From assembly GCA_022614805.1 (NCBI GenBank), contig JAKEHY010000022.1, forward strand, positions 15,903 through 79,902: DNA of 64,000 bases, in the 5' to 3' direction. The notes under the pieces are model-generated. The model had not been told where the DNA came from. It saw only the letters and a program-made list of their open reading frames with translations, and searched no databases. The first letter of the stretch is position 1; every line of letters begins with the position of its first letter. Positions 10,713 to 21,296 of this stretch are shown in pieces. The translations under genes and the position numbers were made by a program. This DNA is from Candidatus Zixiibacteriota bacterium. GTDB taxonomy: Bacteria > Zixibacteria > MSB-5A5 > DSPP01.

Positions 10713-11597
10713 ATGACCTTTCTGGCCATCGTCTTGATGTGCCTTATCTGGGGCTTGACCTGGGTGGCGATAAAAATCGGGCTGGAGGACCTTCCCCCCT
10801 TTCTTTCCGCCGGTGTCCGTTTCGTCATCGCTTCCGCGCTCCTTTGGCCGGCCATCCTCCTTCGCCGGGTTCCCCTTCCAAAAACCTGGCCGGAACTGCG
10901 CAGCATTTTAGTTCCGGGATTCTATTTCTACTCCATAAACTATGCCTTGGTCTATTGGGGAGAGCAGTTCATCGGCGCCGGTCTGGCCGCCATACTTTTT
11001 GCTTCCATCCCGTTTGTAGTCGCCCTTATGGCCCACTATATGCTCGTCAATGAAAAAATAACCTATTCCAAGCTGTTGGGCCTGTCCGTCGGTTTTATCG
11101 GAATCGTCGTAGTATTTTACGGCGGCCTGCACTTCGGCCCGAAAAGTTACTGGGGCATGCTGGCACTTTTAGGTTGCAGTCTTTCCTGCGCCTACGCCAA
11201 TATCTTGGTCAAGCGTGACCTGCATCATACCGACCCGATGCTCGCCACGGCCATTCAGATGACTTTGGGGGCCGTCTCTCTTTTGGGCTTTGGAATGCTG
11301 GCCGAAAGTTGGAAAAATTTCCATTTAACCCCCCGGGCGGTCGGCTCCCTTTTATACCTTTCCATCTTCGGTTCGGCGGTCGCCTTTAGTCTCTACTTTT
11401 GGGCTCTGAAAAAAACCGAAGCGACCAAACTCTCCTCAATCGCCTTCGTGACCCCCTTAGTCGCCCTCGTGGGGGGGCATTTGATTTTGGACGAACCGGT
11501 ATCTGGACGGCTGGCCGCCGGCTCTTTATTGGTATTGGCGGGGATTTTGATAATCAACTACTTCCCGGCGCTCAAAAGGAGACCTCCCGCTACTTAA
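10713..11597 (+). CDS. EamA/DMT family transporter
   Basis: IWGLTWVAIK, PPFLSAGVRF, about 10 TM helices in two repeats. Confidence 0.9.
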   Translation: MTFLAIVLMCLIWGLTWVAIKIGLEDLPPFLSAGVRFVIASALLWPAILLRRVPLPKTWPELRSILVPGFYFYSINYALVYWGEQFIGAGLAAILFASIPFVVALMAHYMLVNEKITYSKLLGLSVGFIGIVVVFYGGLHFGPKSYWGMLALLGCSLSCAYANILVKRDLHHTDPMLATAIQMTLGAVSLLGFGMLAESWKNFHLTPRAVGSLLYLSIFGSAVAFSLYFWALKKTEATKLSSIAFVTPLVALVGGHLILDEPVSGRLAAGSLLVLAGILIINYFPALKRRPPAT

Positions 11598-14176
11598 AAA
11601 TCGTAGCCGACCGAAAAATAAAATCGCCTCCCGTCCAGGTTGGAATGCGCCCAGCCGACGCCCGCCGGCCCGATGGGGGTGGCGATTTCGAGTTCTCCCA
11701 GAACGCCGTAAAAGAAATTCCGCAGGTCAAACTCTTCCGCCGCAGTCCAGCGCTTCTGCAAATCCCAGCGAATGGAAGAATAGACGGACCCCCAAAGCCT
11801 TGCGCGCAGGCCGGTGCCGAGGACTAAAAACTGCCGGGCCACGAACCCGCGCGCCGGACTTCCGGCAAAAAAGTCTTTTCCGCCCAGCCGGAAAAACTCC
11901 GGCTCCGGCAGGGCGCCGGAGGAAAGCCCGGCGCTGACCTGCGGCTCGAAAAAAAGCCGCTTCCCGACCGGCAGAAAATGGGAAAAAAAGGCCTGGGCTT
12001 TCCGATAGTTCAAATTTCCCCCCAAAAAGTCGGAGGCGGTGGAAAGCGTGACTACGTTGTAGGCCCCCCGCCGGGGAAAGGGGTTTTGGTCGCGCGTATC
12101 CACCACGGAGCGAAGTGAAAGGGAGCGGAGTTTGTAAAGCTGCCCGTTGTACGTTTCGTGGCCGTAAACGAAATTCTCCGCCCGGACCTCGAGCGAAACG
12201 GCCCCCAGACGGTAAATCTGCTGCCCCAAGGACCAGAAAGCCCCCCAGCGCCTCTCCCGGTAGGGCCGAAAAACCTCAAAATCGGAGTAGCTTCGCCAGC
12301 GCTCCCGGTACAAAAAGGCTCCCAGCCGCGAGGTGAGATAGGTTTTGAAAATACGGTCGGTTTTCAAAGCCGCCTCATACAGCTGCCGGCGCACCCCGTA
12401 CTGCAGGCGGGTCTTGAACTCGGTGCCGGTGCCGAACAAATTGCCGTCCAGAAAATCGACGAACCCTTCCGATTCGAAATCGGTCTGGTAATGCGCTCCC
12501 AGCCGCACTTGCTCATAGTTTTTTTCCTTCAGCACCAGTTTCAAAACCGGCCCGCCTGCCCCTGGTTCCAAAAGGGCTGAAACCCGTTCAAAAAGCCCGG
12601 TGGCATACACGTCGGTGACGCCGCGGGCGACTTTTTCCGGGCTGAAGAGCATCCCCTCCCGTAGGGGAAAATTCTGCATCACCACCCAGCTTTTCGTGCG
12701 CCGGTTTCCTTCCAGGGCCACCCGTTCGATTTTCGCCTCCCGAAGATGGAACGTCAGCCGGCCCGATGCCTCCAGCCACTCCGGCCGGGGACTTTCCAAA
12801 AGGTTGAAGCCGCGCCCCCGATATTTTTCCTCCAATTTTTGACACGCTCCCGAAAGCTGGCGGTAATTCAGCCTCCCGCCCGGCGGCAGGGAAACGATGG
12901 CCGCCAGTTCGGCGGCGGAAAAAACCGTGTTCCCGCTGAAAGCCACTTCCCTTACCGCCGGCGCCTCCACGCCCCGCACGCTCAAAATTCTTTTCGCCGA
13001 ATCATACTCCGCCGAAAGGCGCGCATACACCCCGCTCGCCAGAAGCGAATCGAGCCGTTCCACCAGCCCGTCAATCGAAAGAGATTCGGAAGCCGGAAGG
13101 GACAACGCTTTTTCCATTTCTTCCGTCGACTCAACCCGGTTCACATGGATTTTTCCGGCGGCGACCGGCGTACGTTTTCCCAAAAGTTGTAAGATGCCCT
13201 CTTTCTTCCCCAAGGCCGCCCGGTATCCCAGCTCATAAAGCCGGGTGGCCAGCGCGAAATCACGGGAACTAAAAGTGCTCAAATCCGGCACGATGACCAA
13301 ATCGGCCGCCGCCAGTTCCTTTCTTTTCCTTTCCAGTGTCAATATGGTGGTGGCCTGGTCAATCACATCGAGGGGCGTTTGCAACTCCCCCGCCTTCAAA
13401 AGGGAAGCGGAGGTGTTGACGGCGATGACGAAATCCGCCCCCATTTTTCTTGTCAGCCCCACCGGGACGGGAACCAAAAGCCCGCCGTCCACCAAAAGCC
13501 TTCCCCCCTTTTCCAAAGGAACGAAAGCCAAGGGGGCCCCCAAGGTGGCCCGCAGCGCTTCCGCCAAATCTCCGGAGGAGAAAATCACCGTGTCGCCGGA
13601 AAGCAAATCCACCGAAAGCGTGCGAAAGGGAACCGGTAGCCGGTCAAAGTCAAAGCCGGCCTTCAAATTGACCGCCGCGGTAAGGTCGGTGAAAAGATTG
13701 GAAACCTTCTGCCCGGAGGTCACCGCCAGCGGAATGTCCGGCTTCAAACCCTCAAACCGGATGGAGAGAAAATGACTTTCGTTCCCCTCCTTTTGAGTGG
13801 AAAAAAGGGTGCTGCGCCTGGGACGGTCGCGGAAAAGCTCCCCCCAGTCGATTCCCATCACAATCCGCTCCAGTTCCTGCGGGGAGTAGCCGCAGGCGTA
13901 AAGTCCCCCAATAACGCCTCCAATCGAGGTTCCGGCGACAGCGTCCACTCGGACGCCCATTTCCTCCAACGCCCTCAAAACGCCGATTTGAGCGAACCCG
14001 CGCGCCCCACCCCCCGAAAGCGCCAGGCCGACTTTGGGCCCACGGGAACGGCCGTCGAGCACTTCTCTGAAATTATCAACCCCCACGCTCCGGTCGTAAT
14101 GAAATGAAGCGGAAAAAACGGGCGAGCAAACGAAAAACCCGAAGATAACCAGGCGGCCTAAGTGTCGTTGGTCCAT
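11594..14176 (-). CDS. Patatin-like phospholipase fused to POTRA domains and an Omp85/BamA barrel (PlpD-like)
   Basis: LSGGGARG, GTSIG, DGG patatin motifs; POTRA (GNRRTK); terminal FYFSVGYDF. Start moved to ATG 14176, which opens a signal peptide. Confidence 0.9.
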   Translation of the reverse strand: MDQRHLGRLVIFGFFVCSPVFSASFHYDRSVGVDNFREVLDGRSRGPKVGLALSGGGARGFAQIGVLRALEEMGVRVDAVAGTSIGGVIGGLYACGYSPQELERIVMGIDWGELFRDRPRRSTLFSTQKEGNESHFLSIRFEGLKPDIPLAVTSGQKVSNLFTDLTAAVNLKAGFDFDRLPVPFRTLSVDLLSGDTVIFSSGDLAEALRATLGAPLAFVPLEKGGRLLVDGGLLVPVPVGLTRKMGADFVIAVNTSASLLKAGELQTPLDVIDQATTILTLERKRKELAAADLVIVPDLSTFSSRDFALATRLYELGYRAALGKKEGILQLLGKRTPVAAGKIHVNRVESTEEMEKALSLPASESLSIDGLVERLDSLLASGVYARLSAEYDSAKRILSVRGVEAPAVREVAFSGNTVFSAAELAAIVSLPPGGRLNYRQLSGACQKLEEKYRGRGFNLLESPRPEWLEASGRLTFHLREAKIERVALEGNRRTKSWVVMQNFPLREGMLFSPEKVARGVTDVYATGLFERVSALLEPGAGGPVLKLVLKEKNYEQVRLGAHYQTDFESEGFVDFLDGNLFGTGTEFKTRLQYGVRRQLYEAALKTDRIFKTYLTSRLGAFLYRERWRSYSDFEVFRPYRERRWGAFWSLGQQIYRLGAVSLEVRAENFVYGHETYNGQLYKLRSLSLRSVVDTRDQNPFPRRGAYNVVTLSTASDFLGGNLNYRKAQAFFSHFLPVGKRLFFEPQVSAGLSSGALPEPEFFRLGGKDFFAGSPARGFVARQFLVLGTGLRARLWGSVYSSIRWDLQKRWTAAEEFDLRNFFYGVLGELEIATPIGPAGVGWAHSNLDGRRFYFSVGYDF

Positions 14177-14360
14177 AAGTAAACCTAAATAATTTCGTTT
14201 TCCGCTAAAAAAGCAAGCCCGGTCGGTCCCTGTCTGGGGAGGGAGTCGGGCTAAACGGTTCCGTGTTTTAACACGACCACGGCAGCCGCGGCTTTGGTCG
14301 CGGAAAATAACTGGCACTGACGGGTCAACTGCCAGGAATACAAATTCGTATATTCTCCCC

Positions 14361-15131
14361 GTGGCGACCCGAAAACAAAAGAAAGTGCTTCGTCAAGCTC
14401 TTTTCAAGAAAACCCGCAAAAAGGCAAATTTCTTCGTGGTGGAAGGGGAACGCCACCTTTCCGAGCTTTTGCAGAGCGACTGGAAAATCCTTAAAATCTT
14501 CGCTACGCCGCAAAAAGCGAAAAAAATAAAATCGCTGATTCCCTTGGAAAGCGCCGCGGAAGTGGAAGAAATCTCCTCGAAGAAATTGACTGAACTGGCC
14601 CAAACCGAAACCCCGTCCGGCGTTTTGGCGCTGGTGGAAAAGCGAAGCTTTGCGTTGGATGCGGTGGCGGCCGAAAAAAGGGTTCTGATTTTGGACAACC
14701 TGCGCGACCCGGGCAACGTCGGCACGCTCTTGCGCACGGCCCGTTCACTCGGCTGGAGCGGGGTCGTGCTATTGAAAGGCACCGTCGAACTGTATTCTCC
14801 CAAAGTCGTCCGCTCCACCGCCGGCGCCCTGTTTCACCTGAAAATTGTCGAAGGCATCACCGCCGGAGAAACCCTAAACATCCTTAAAAAAGTTGGTTTC
14901 ACCGTTTGGGTTGCCGATTCCCATTCCGGCGTTCCTCCGGAAGCGTGTAGGGGTTTGATTAATCAAACCCCTACAAAATTGGCCCTGGTCATCGGCAGCG
15001 AAGCTTCCGGCGTGTCACAAGCGCTGTTGTCCCAAGCGGACCAATTCGTCAGAATCCCTCTTTCCGAAGGGGCGGAAAGCCTGAACGCCTCCGTCTCCGG
15101 CGGAATTTTGATGTGCCTGTTGCGAACGTAA
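14361..15131 (+). CDS. TrmH/SpoU family RNA 2'-O-methyltransferase
   Basis: FVVEG, LDNLRDPGNVGTLLRTA, IGSEASG and ESLNAS SPOUT motifs. Confidence 0.92.
   Translation: MATRKQKKVLRQALFKKTRKKANFFVVEGERHLSELLQSDWKILKIFATPQKAKKIKSLIPLESAAEVEEISSKKLTELAQTETPSGVLALVEKRSFALDAVAAEKRVLILDNLRDPGNVGTLLRTARSLGWSGVVLLKGTVELYSPKVVRSTAGALFHLKIVEGITAGETLNILKKVGFTVWVADSHSGVPPEACRGLINQTPTKLALVIGSEASGVSQALLSQADQFVRIPLSEGAESLNASVSGGILMCLLRT
14946..14975. repeat. REP-like perfect 30-bp palindrome inside the TrmH CDS
   Basis: TGTAGGGGTTTGATT|AATCAAACCCCTACA; a 29-nt identical copy lies intergenically at 61559-61587. Confidence 0.9.
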
Positions 15132-15135
15132 CCTT

Positions 15136-15795
15136 TTAAAGGTTCCTCGGAGGGAAATTCCCTTGCGTCTCTTTTCTCCTCGCCAGTATCGGTTTCAGGT
15201 GGTGGTGAAGATACCAGGCGATGCCCAAAAGTATCAATACCGCCACGGCGTAGTCGAATTTGTGCAGGTACTGCCCGATGGTGTTCCAGTTCTGCCCCAG
15301 TTTTACGCCGATGTAGGTTAAAAGCCAGCACCAGGGAATGGCGCCGATGAAGGAGTAAATGGCAAACGGCCAGAACTTCATCCGGGAAATGCCGGCCGGC
15401 AGGGAAATGAAGGTTCGGACAATGGGGAGCATCCGGGAGATGAACACGGCGGCATTGCCGAAGCGGGCGAAAAACCGGTCGGCGTTGTTCAAGTCCCGTT
15501 CGGAGAAGAGAATGTACTTTCCCCACCGGATGACTGCCGGCCGCCCGCCGTGGTAGCCAATCCAGTAGGTGGCGACCGAACCGATTAAGTTGCCGAAGGC
15601 CCCCGCCAAAGTCGCCCCCCAGATGGAAAAGCGTCCCTCGTGAACCAGAAACCCGGCAAACGGCATTATTATTTCCGACGGCAGGGGAATGCAGGCCGAC
15701 TCAATGGCCATAAACAAACAGACGATGGGATAGCCGCCGGCGGAAATGGCCGAGGTGACCCACCCGGCCAATACTTCCAGAATTTTCGTTATCAT
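15136..15795 (-). CDS. DedA family membrane protein
   Basis: ESACIPLPSEIIMPFAG and SRMLPIVRTFISLPAG motifs. Confidence 0.93.
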   Translation of the reverse strand: MITKILEVLAGWVTSAISAGGYPIVCLFMAIESACIPLPSEIIMPFAGFLVHEGRFSIWGATLAGAFGNLIGSVATYWIGYHGGRPAVIRWGKYILFSERDLNNADRFFARFGNAAVFISRMLPIVRTFISLPAGISRMKFWPFAIYSFIGAIPWCWLLTYIGVKLGQNWNTIGQYLHKFDYAVAVLILLGIAWYLHHHLKPILARRKETQGNFPPRNL

Positions 15796-17075
15796 TTCTT
15801 CCTTTCTACTTCAAGGATGAGCAACCGGTGCCCCCGTTTCTCTTTGACGGTGAATTCCAGCTCCCGGTACGAAATTTTTTCCTCCACGGAGGGAATCCGC
15901 CCCAACTGGTCGATTAAAAATCCTCCCAGCGTTTCATATTCCTCGCTGGGGAGGGAAGCTCCAAAAATGGAATTGAATTTCTCCGGCCGCATCCGCGCCG
16001 TCACGGTGGCCCGATTCGTATCCTGCCAGAGGATTTCCTCCCGCTCGGCGTCGTACTCGTCCTGAATTTCCCCCACGATTTCTTCGATGATGTCCTCGAG
16101 GGTAATCAGCCCGGCGGTCCCCCCGTACTCGTCCAGAACGATGGCCAGATGAATTTGTTTGCGCTGGAAATCGGCCAACAGCTCCCGCACTTTTTTGGTT
16201 TCCGGCACGAAGTAGGGCGGGCGCAGTATGTCTTCCAGAATCACCAGCTCGGCGTTCAAAAGCAGGTTGATGATGTCCTTGGTGTGGATGATTCCGACGA
16301 CATGGTCCAAATCCCCCCTGTAAACCGGGACCCGCGAGTATCCCTCTTCCGCCACGAACTGCAAAAGCTTTTGTCTCGGGGTGGAGATTTCGATGGCCAC
16401 GATATCCGTCCGGGGGGTCATCGCCTTTTTGACCGGCGTGTCGGTGAACTGGAAAACGGAGTAAATCATCGCCTCCTCCATTTTCTCGAAGATCCCCAGC
16501 CGGCTCCCTTCCGAAACGAGATGTTTGATTTCCTCCTCCGTCACGAACGGCGCTTTGGCCTCTTCCTTAAAGCCCAGAAGTTTTAAAATTGCACGCGTGG
16601 AGGCGGTCAAAAGCTTGACCGCCGGGAGCGCGAAAAGATAGAACAACTGCACCGGCCGGGCCACCTGCATGGCGAACCGTTCCGGGTGATACAAGGCCAG
16701 CATCTTGGGCAAAAGCTCGCCAAAGAGGAGCGAAAGAAAGGAGATGGCCAAAGCCACGAGTCCGATGGCTACCGTTTTGGTGACGCCGGAGATGGGGGCC
16801 GCCAGCCGGGTTTCCAGCTCTTCGATTACGGTGGCCCCCCCCAAAACACCCGCCAGCATCCCGACCAAGGTGATGGCCACCTGCACGGTGGCCAAAAACT
16901 TGCCGGGGTCCTCCTGCAGCTGCAAGACCCGTTTGGCGTTGACGTCCCCTTTATTGGCAGCCGAGCGCAGCCGCGCCCGCCGGGCCGAAACCAGGGAAAT
17001 TTCGGCGGCGGCAAAAAAGCCGTTCACCAACACCAAACCGACGATAATGACGATCTCGAGAAGAACGGATTCCAT
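15792..17075 (-). CDS. HlyC/CorC (CNNM + CBS + CorC_HlyC) family transporter-associated protein
   Basis: NGFFAAAEISL, FGELLPK, MTPRTDI, YSRVPVY, DEYGGTAGLITLEDIIEEIVGEI. Confidence 0.93.
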   Translation of the reverse strand: MESVLLEIVIIVGLVLVNGFFAAAEISLVSARRARLRSAANKGDVNAKRVLQLQEDPGKFLATVQVAITLVGMLAGVLGGATVIEELETRLAAPISGVTKTVAIGLVALAISFLSLLFGELLPKMLALYHPERFAMQVARPVQLFYLFALPAVKLLTASTRAILKLLGFKEEAKAPFVTEEEIKHLVSEGSRLGIFEKMEEAMIYSVFQFTDTPVKKAMTPRTDIVAIEISTPRQKLLQFVAEEGYSRVPVYRGDLDHVVGIIHTKDIINLLLNAELVILEDILRPPYFVPETKKVRELLADFQRKQIHLAIVLDEYGGTAGLITLEDIIEEIVGEIQDEYDAEREEILWQDTNRATVTARMRPEKFNSIFGASLPSEEYETLGGFLIDQLGRIPSVEEKISYRELEFTVKEKRGHRLLILEVERKK

Positions 17076-17128
17076 TCCAAGGGATAATAAAAAAATCCCC
17101 GCCCCCCGGCACAGCTTTTTTTAACCCC

Positions 17129-19633
17129 CTATGAGTTTTGGGCAGTGGAAACCTTTAAGTTTCCACCTTTCTTGCGGCGCCTAAAATACAAAACCCCTTC
17201 CACCAAGAAGGTCGAAAAGAGGGCCACGGCTAAAACCTTCAGCCAGTCCTGGAAATGGATGGGGGCCAACTGCATCGCTTGGGCCATCGGGGGTAAGTAG
17301 ATGAAAGACAATAGCACACTTATGGTTAGAACCCTTGTTATCCAGAAAAAGTGGTTTTTCAAAGCGATGGTCACACCCTTTCGCGAAAGCTCGATGGTCA
17401 CGAGAAAGACTTCCGCAATGACAAGACTAGCGACCGCCATCCCGCGAGCCCCGGCGGCCAATGCGCCGGAAGCCAGTTCATACCAGTACAACCCCAAAAC
17501 CGCCAGCCCGATGGAAAGTCCGGTCAATACCGAAATGGTCAGTTCCGAAGCCGGCAGAATGGGGCGGTTCGGGTCAAGCGGCGGCTTTTTCATCGCTTCC
17601 GGGTCTCCTCTGTCGGCCTCAAAAACCAAAGCGACGGTCGGATGCATAATCAGCTCCAGCCAGATGATGACCACTGGTAAAAGCAAGAGGGGCAAACCTA
17701 AAAGGGGCACGGCTACTGCCAGAAAAACAATCGGCGTATGGAAGGTGATAAGGTAGCGGAAGGCCTTTTCAATTTTGGAAAAAATCTGCCGCCCCTCCTT
17801 CACCGCCTCCACAATGGTCTGAAAGTTGTCGTCCAAAAGCACCATCGTGGCCGCCTCCCGGGCCACTTCCGTGCCGCGCACTCCCATCGCCACACCGATG
17901 TGTGCTTCCTTCAAAGCCAGGGCATCATTGATGCCGTCGCCGGTCATCGCCACGATTTCCCCCCGCTTTTTCAATGCCGCCACCAGCCGGTGCTTGTGAT
18001 GGGGCAAAACACGGGCGAAGATGTTGGCTCGTGAAGCCCGGCGGGAAAATTCCTCCTCATTCAACTTTTCCAGTTCTAGTCCGGTCACAATCTGGTCATC
18101 CTCGTGCTCCAACCCAACCGTTTCGGCGATATGGTGGGCTGTCAAGGGATGGTCGCCGGTGACCATAACCACCCGAACTCCTGCCTGGCGGCATTCGGCA
18201 GCCGCGCGAGCTACCTCCGGCCTTGGCGGGTCAGAAAAACCCACCACCCCGAGGCAGGCCAGATGCCTTTCGTTTTCCTCCCGGCTTTCGGAAAAAACCG
18301 GAAGTTGTCCAAAGGCAACGGCAATCACCCGCATTCCGGTGTTCGCCAGCTTTTCATTCTCTTCTTGAAGTTTTTTCCTCCCTTCGCCATTCCCCTCGCA
18401 CCGTGCCAGAATCCCCTCAACGGCCCCCTTGGCGCAGATGACAAACCCGCCGGCGGAGCTCCGCCAGACGTGGGACATATACTTTCCCTTGACATTGAAG
18501 GGATAATCCCGCACCAGCTTCCACTCGTCAAAAATTTCCTTCGGTTCAATGCCGTGTTCCCGGGCATGGGCGACCAACTCTTTTTCCAATTGGTCGGTCG
18601 GATTGGGCTCGCAGGCCATAACGATGGTCTTCCAGAAAAGCTCGTCATTCTCCCCTTCCGGATGTTCTGCCACCGTAAGCTTTCCTTCCGTCAAGGTCCC
18701 GGTTTTGTCGGCGCAGATGACGGTGGTTGCCCCCAAGGTTTCGACGCCGGCCATCCGCCGAATCAATGTTTTTTTTCGGGCCAGTCGGAAAACCCCCATC
18801 GTCAAATACAAGGTAAAAACGACCGGAAACTCTTCCGGCACGGCGGCGATCGCCAAACTGACGGCGAAGAGAAACGACCTCCCCCAGCCGGAACCCCGGT
18901 AAAACTCGATGGCAAAAACCAGAAGACAGACAAAAACCGCCCAAGCCAAAAGCCGAACCACCAGTCGGTCGATTTTTTTCTGCAGGGGGGTGCGCTCTTC
19001 TTTGATTTCGGTCAGAAGGTGGCCGATTTGACCGTAACGAGTTTCTCTCCCCGTTGCCGTAACGTGGGCTTTCCCCTGTCCCGACAGAACCGATGTTCCC
19101 GCATACACGTTGGATGATTCCATGCCGGACGAATCCTTCGGTACGGGAATCGACTCTCCGGTCAAAGGAGATTCATCCATTTCGACATTGTTGGACTCCG
19201 CAAGCACGCCGTCCACCGGCAAAATGTCCCCTTCTTTCATAACTAAGACATCTCCCGGCACCAACGTTTCGGACTGGACAACTTTTTCGACGCCATCCCG
19301 GACGACGAGGGCGGTCGGGGCGGTCAACTCCCGAATTTTCTTCAACGCCCGGCCCGTGCGCGCCTCCAAGGCCAAATCAACTGCGAGTATGGGAACGATG
19401 GAACCGACCAAGACCCAGCCGTCGCGGATTTCGCCCAACAGGAAATAGACCAAAGCGGCCAAAAGCAAAAGCAGAACCATCGGGTCGGCCAAACTTTTCA
19501 GCCCGTGTAAAAGCGCGGCAAACGGCGATTTGGGAATGAGAATGTTCGGCCCGAATTTCAAAAGTTGCTTTTTGGCCTCGTTGGAAGAAAGCCCAATACG
19601 GGGATCGGTCTCGAAAAGAAGCGTATCCGCCAT
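17129..19633 (-). CDS. Cation-translocating P-type ATPase (type II, Ca2+-like)
   Basis: LTGES, PEEFP, DKTGTLT, KGA, TGD and GDGINDA motifs. Confidence 0.95.
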   Translation of the reverse strand: MADTLLFETDPRIGLSSNEAKKQLLKFGPNILIPKSPFAALLHGLKSLADPMVLLLLLAALVYFLLGEIRDGWVLVGSIVPILAVDLALEARTGRALKKIRELTAPTALVVRDGVEKVVQSETLVPGDVLVMKEGDILPVDGVLAESNNVEMDESPLTGESIPVPKDSSGMESSNVYAGTSVLSGQGKAHVTATGRETRYGQIGHLLTEIKEERTPLQKKIDRLVVRLLAWAVFVCLLVFAIEFYRGSGWGRSFLFAVSLAIAAVPEEFPVVFTLYLTMGVFRLARKKTLIRRMAGVETLGATTVICADKTGTLTEGKLTVAEHPEGENDELFWKTIVMACEPNPTDQLEKELVAHAREHGIEPKEIFDEWKLVRDYPFNVKGKYMSHVWRSSAGGFVICAKGAVEGILARCEGNGEGRKKLQEENEKLANTGMRVIAVAFGQLPVFSESREENERHLACLGVVGFSDPPRPEVARAAAECRQAGVRVVMVTGDHPLTAHHIAETVGLEHEDDQIVTGLELEKLNEEEFSRRASRANIFARVLPHHKHRLVAALKKRGEIVAMTGDGINDALALKEAHIGVAMGVRGTEVAREAATMVLLDDNFQTIVEAVKEGRQIFSKIEKAFRYLITFHTPIVFLAVAVPLLGLPLLLLPVVIIWLELIMHPTVALVFEADRGDPEAMKKPPLDPNRPILPASELTISVLTGLSIGLAVLGLYWYELASGALAAGARGMAVASLVIAEVFLVTIELSRKGVTIALKNHFFWITRVLTISVLLSFIYLPPMAQAMQLAPIHFQDWLKVLAVALFSTFLVEGVLYFRRRKKGGNLKVSTAQNS

Positions 19634-19742
19634 TGAAAAGCTAATTAGATATTAGCCGGAAGCTTGTCAAGAAAAAGCTTGCGGCTTCGATCAAGAACTG
19701 CCAAGGTTGACTTTTACAATCAATTTTTAGATTTTCGCCCGA

Positions 19743-20390
19743 GTGGAAAAATCGGGTTTAAGCCGACGGATTTTTGAAAAAATACGCCGGCTGTTTTTGG
19801 CCGGGCTTTTGGTGGTCGTTCCCATCATCGTCACCTTTCTCATTTTGCGCCTCTTGTTCCGCGCCGTCGACGGGCTTTTGGCTCCGGTTATAACCCAGTT
19901 GACCGGCCGCGACCTGCCTGGCATCGGGCTTTTGGCCACCATCGTAATCGTATTTTTGGCCGGTTTTTTCATCTCCTCCGTTTTCGGCTCGCGGCTCTAT
20001 TCCATAGGAGAAGTTTTGTTCATCAAAACCCCCTTGGTGCGCACGGTCTATGGCGGCGCAAAACAGCTGATGGAGTCCATGTTTTTGCCCACGGGAAAAG
20101 CCTTCAAACAGGTGGTCCTGGTCGAATACCCCCGAAAAAACGGCTGGGCTATCGGCTTTGTCGGCGGCGAGTTGGTCGTAAACGGAAAACCCCTGATTTC
20201 GGTATTCGTTCCCTCCACCCCTACCCCTTTCACCGGCTTTGTGATCAACTATCCGTCGGAAGAAGTCATCCCGCTTTCGATTTCGGTGGAGGAAGGGGTA
20301 AAATTCGTCGTCTCCGGCGGCATTGTGGCGCCGGAGAAACTGAAAGCGGCCGGCGCGGGGCCGGTGGAACCTTTGGGAAAATTGGCGTGA
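19743..20390 (+). CDS. DUF502 membrane protein
   Basis: FLAGLLVVVP, VVLVEYPR, VFVPSTPTPFTG, VVSGG. Confidence 0.9.
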   Translation: MEKSGLSRRIFEKIRRLFLAGLLVVVPIIVTFLILRLLFRAVDGLLAPVITQLTGRDLPGIGLLATIVIVFLAGFFISSVFGSRLYSIGEVLFIKTPLVRTVYGGAKQLMESMFLPTGKAFKQVVLVEYPRKNGWAIGFVGGELVVNGKPLISVFVPSTPTPFTGFVINYPSEEVIPLSISVEEGVKFVVSGGIVAPEKLKAAGAGPVEPLGKLA

Positions 20391-21289
20391 AATTGGGCGA
20401 CCTCTTGAGTCCGGAACTGGTCCTCTGCAACCTTTCCGCCTCCACCAAAAAAGAGGCGATTGCCGAGATGTTGAAAAAAATCGGCGAAAGGTACGACCAT
20501 CTGGACACCGATTTGCTTTTGGAATCGGTGATGGAGCGGGAGGAGGTGGAGCCGACCAACCTGGGACGGGGTTTTGCCTTTCCCCATTCCCGCACGGAAG
20601 CGGTGAAGGAGATGATTTTCTCCCTGGCCATCTCGCGGGCCGGCGTTCCCGACAAAACCCCGGACCAAAAACCGGTCAACGTGATATGTCTGTTTCTGAC
20701 TCCCCGCAATATGACCCGGCTTTACTTGCAGGCTTTTTCCGCCCTCGCCACCTTCGCCCGCAAGCCGGGCACTTTGGAGATGATTCTGTCCGCAAAAACG
20801 GTTCCCGAACTCATCGCCGTTTTCTCCAAAAGCGGCATTCTGGTTCGGCGGGAACTGGTGGCCAGGGATATAATGCACCGAAATCTGATAACGGTCCCGC
20901 CGGAAGCGACCCTGAAAGAGATTGCCAATCTGCTCTTTAAGCATAAAATTCCGGGAATGCCGGTGGTGGACAAAGCCGGCCGGGTGTTGGGTGAGGTGAC
21001 CGAAAAGGAATTGATTACGGCGGCGGTTTCACCCGAATACCGCAAGGCCAAAAAGACCAAAAAGATTCTGCCCGACCCGTTTGAAACGCTGGTTTCCAAG
21101 GAGGACGACATCACGGCGCGCGACTTGATGTCCAAAAAATTCGTGACCGCTTCGGAGGCAATGCCCGTGACCGAACTGGCTTACCGGATGCTGGACAACA
21201 ACGTCCGCCGGGTGGAAATTTTAAAGAACGGCAAACTGGTCGGCATCGTCCTCCGCTCCGATATCGTCGGCAAAATCATCCGCGGGTGA
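20387..21289 (+). CDS. PTS EIIA (Ntr/fructose-type) domain fused to a CBS pair
   Basis: EREEVEPTNLGRGFAFPHSR with the phospho-acceptor His, followed by two CBS motifs (ARDIM, ARDLM). Confidence 0.88.
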   Translation: MKLGDLLSPELVLCNLSASTKKEAIAEMLKKIGERYDHLDTDLLLESVMEREEVEPTNLGRGFAFPHSRTEAVKEMIFSLAISRAGVPDKTPDQKPVNVICLFLTPRNMTRLYLQAFSALATFARKPGTLEMILSAKTVPELIAVFSKSGILVRRELVARDIMHRNLITVPPEATLKEIANLLFKHKIPGMPVVDKAGRVLGEVTEKELITAAVSPEYRKAKKTKKILPDPFETLVSKEDDITARDLMSKKFVTASEAMPVTELAYRMLDNNVRRVEILKNGKLVGIVLRSDIVGKIIRG

Positions 21290-21296
21290 GGGGACC

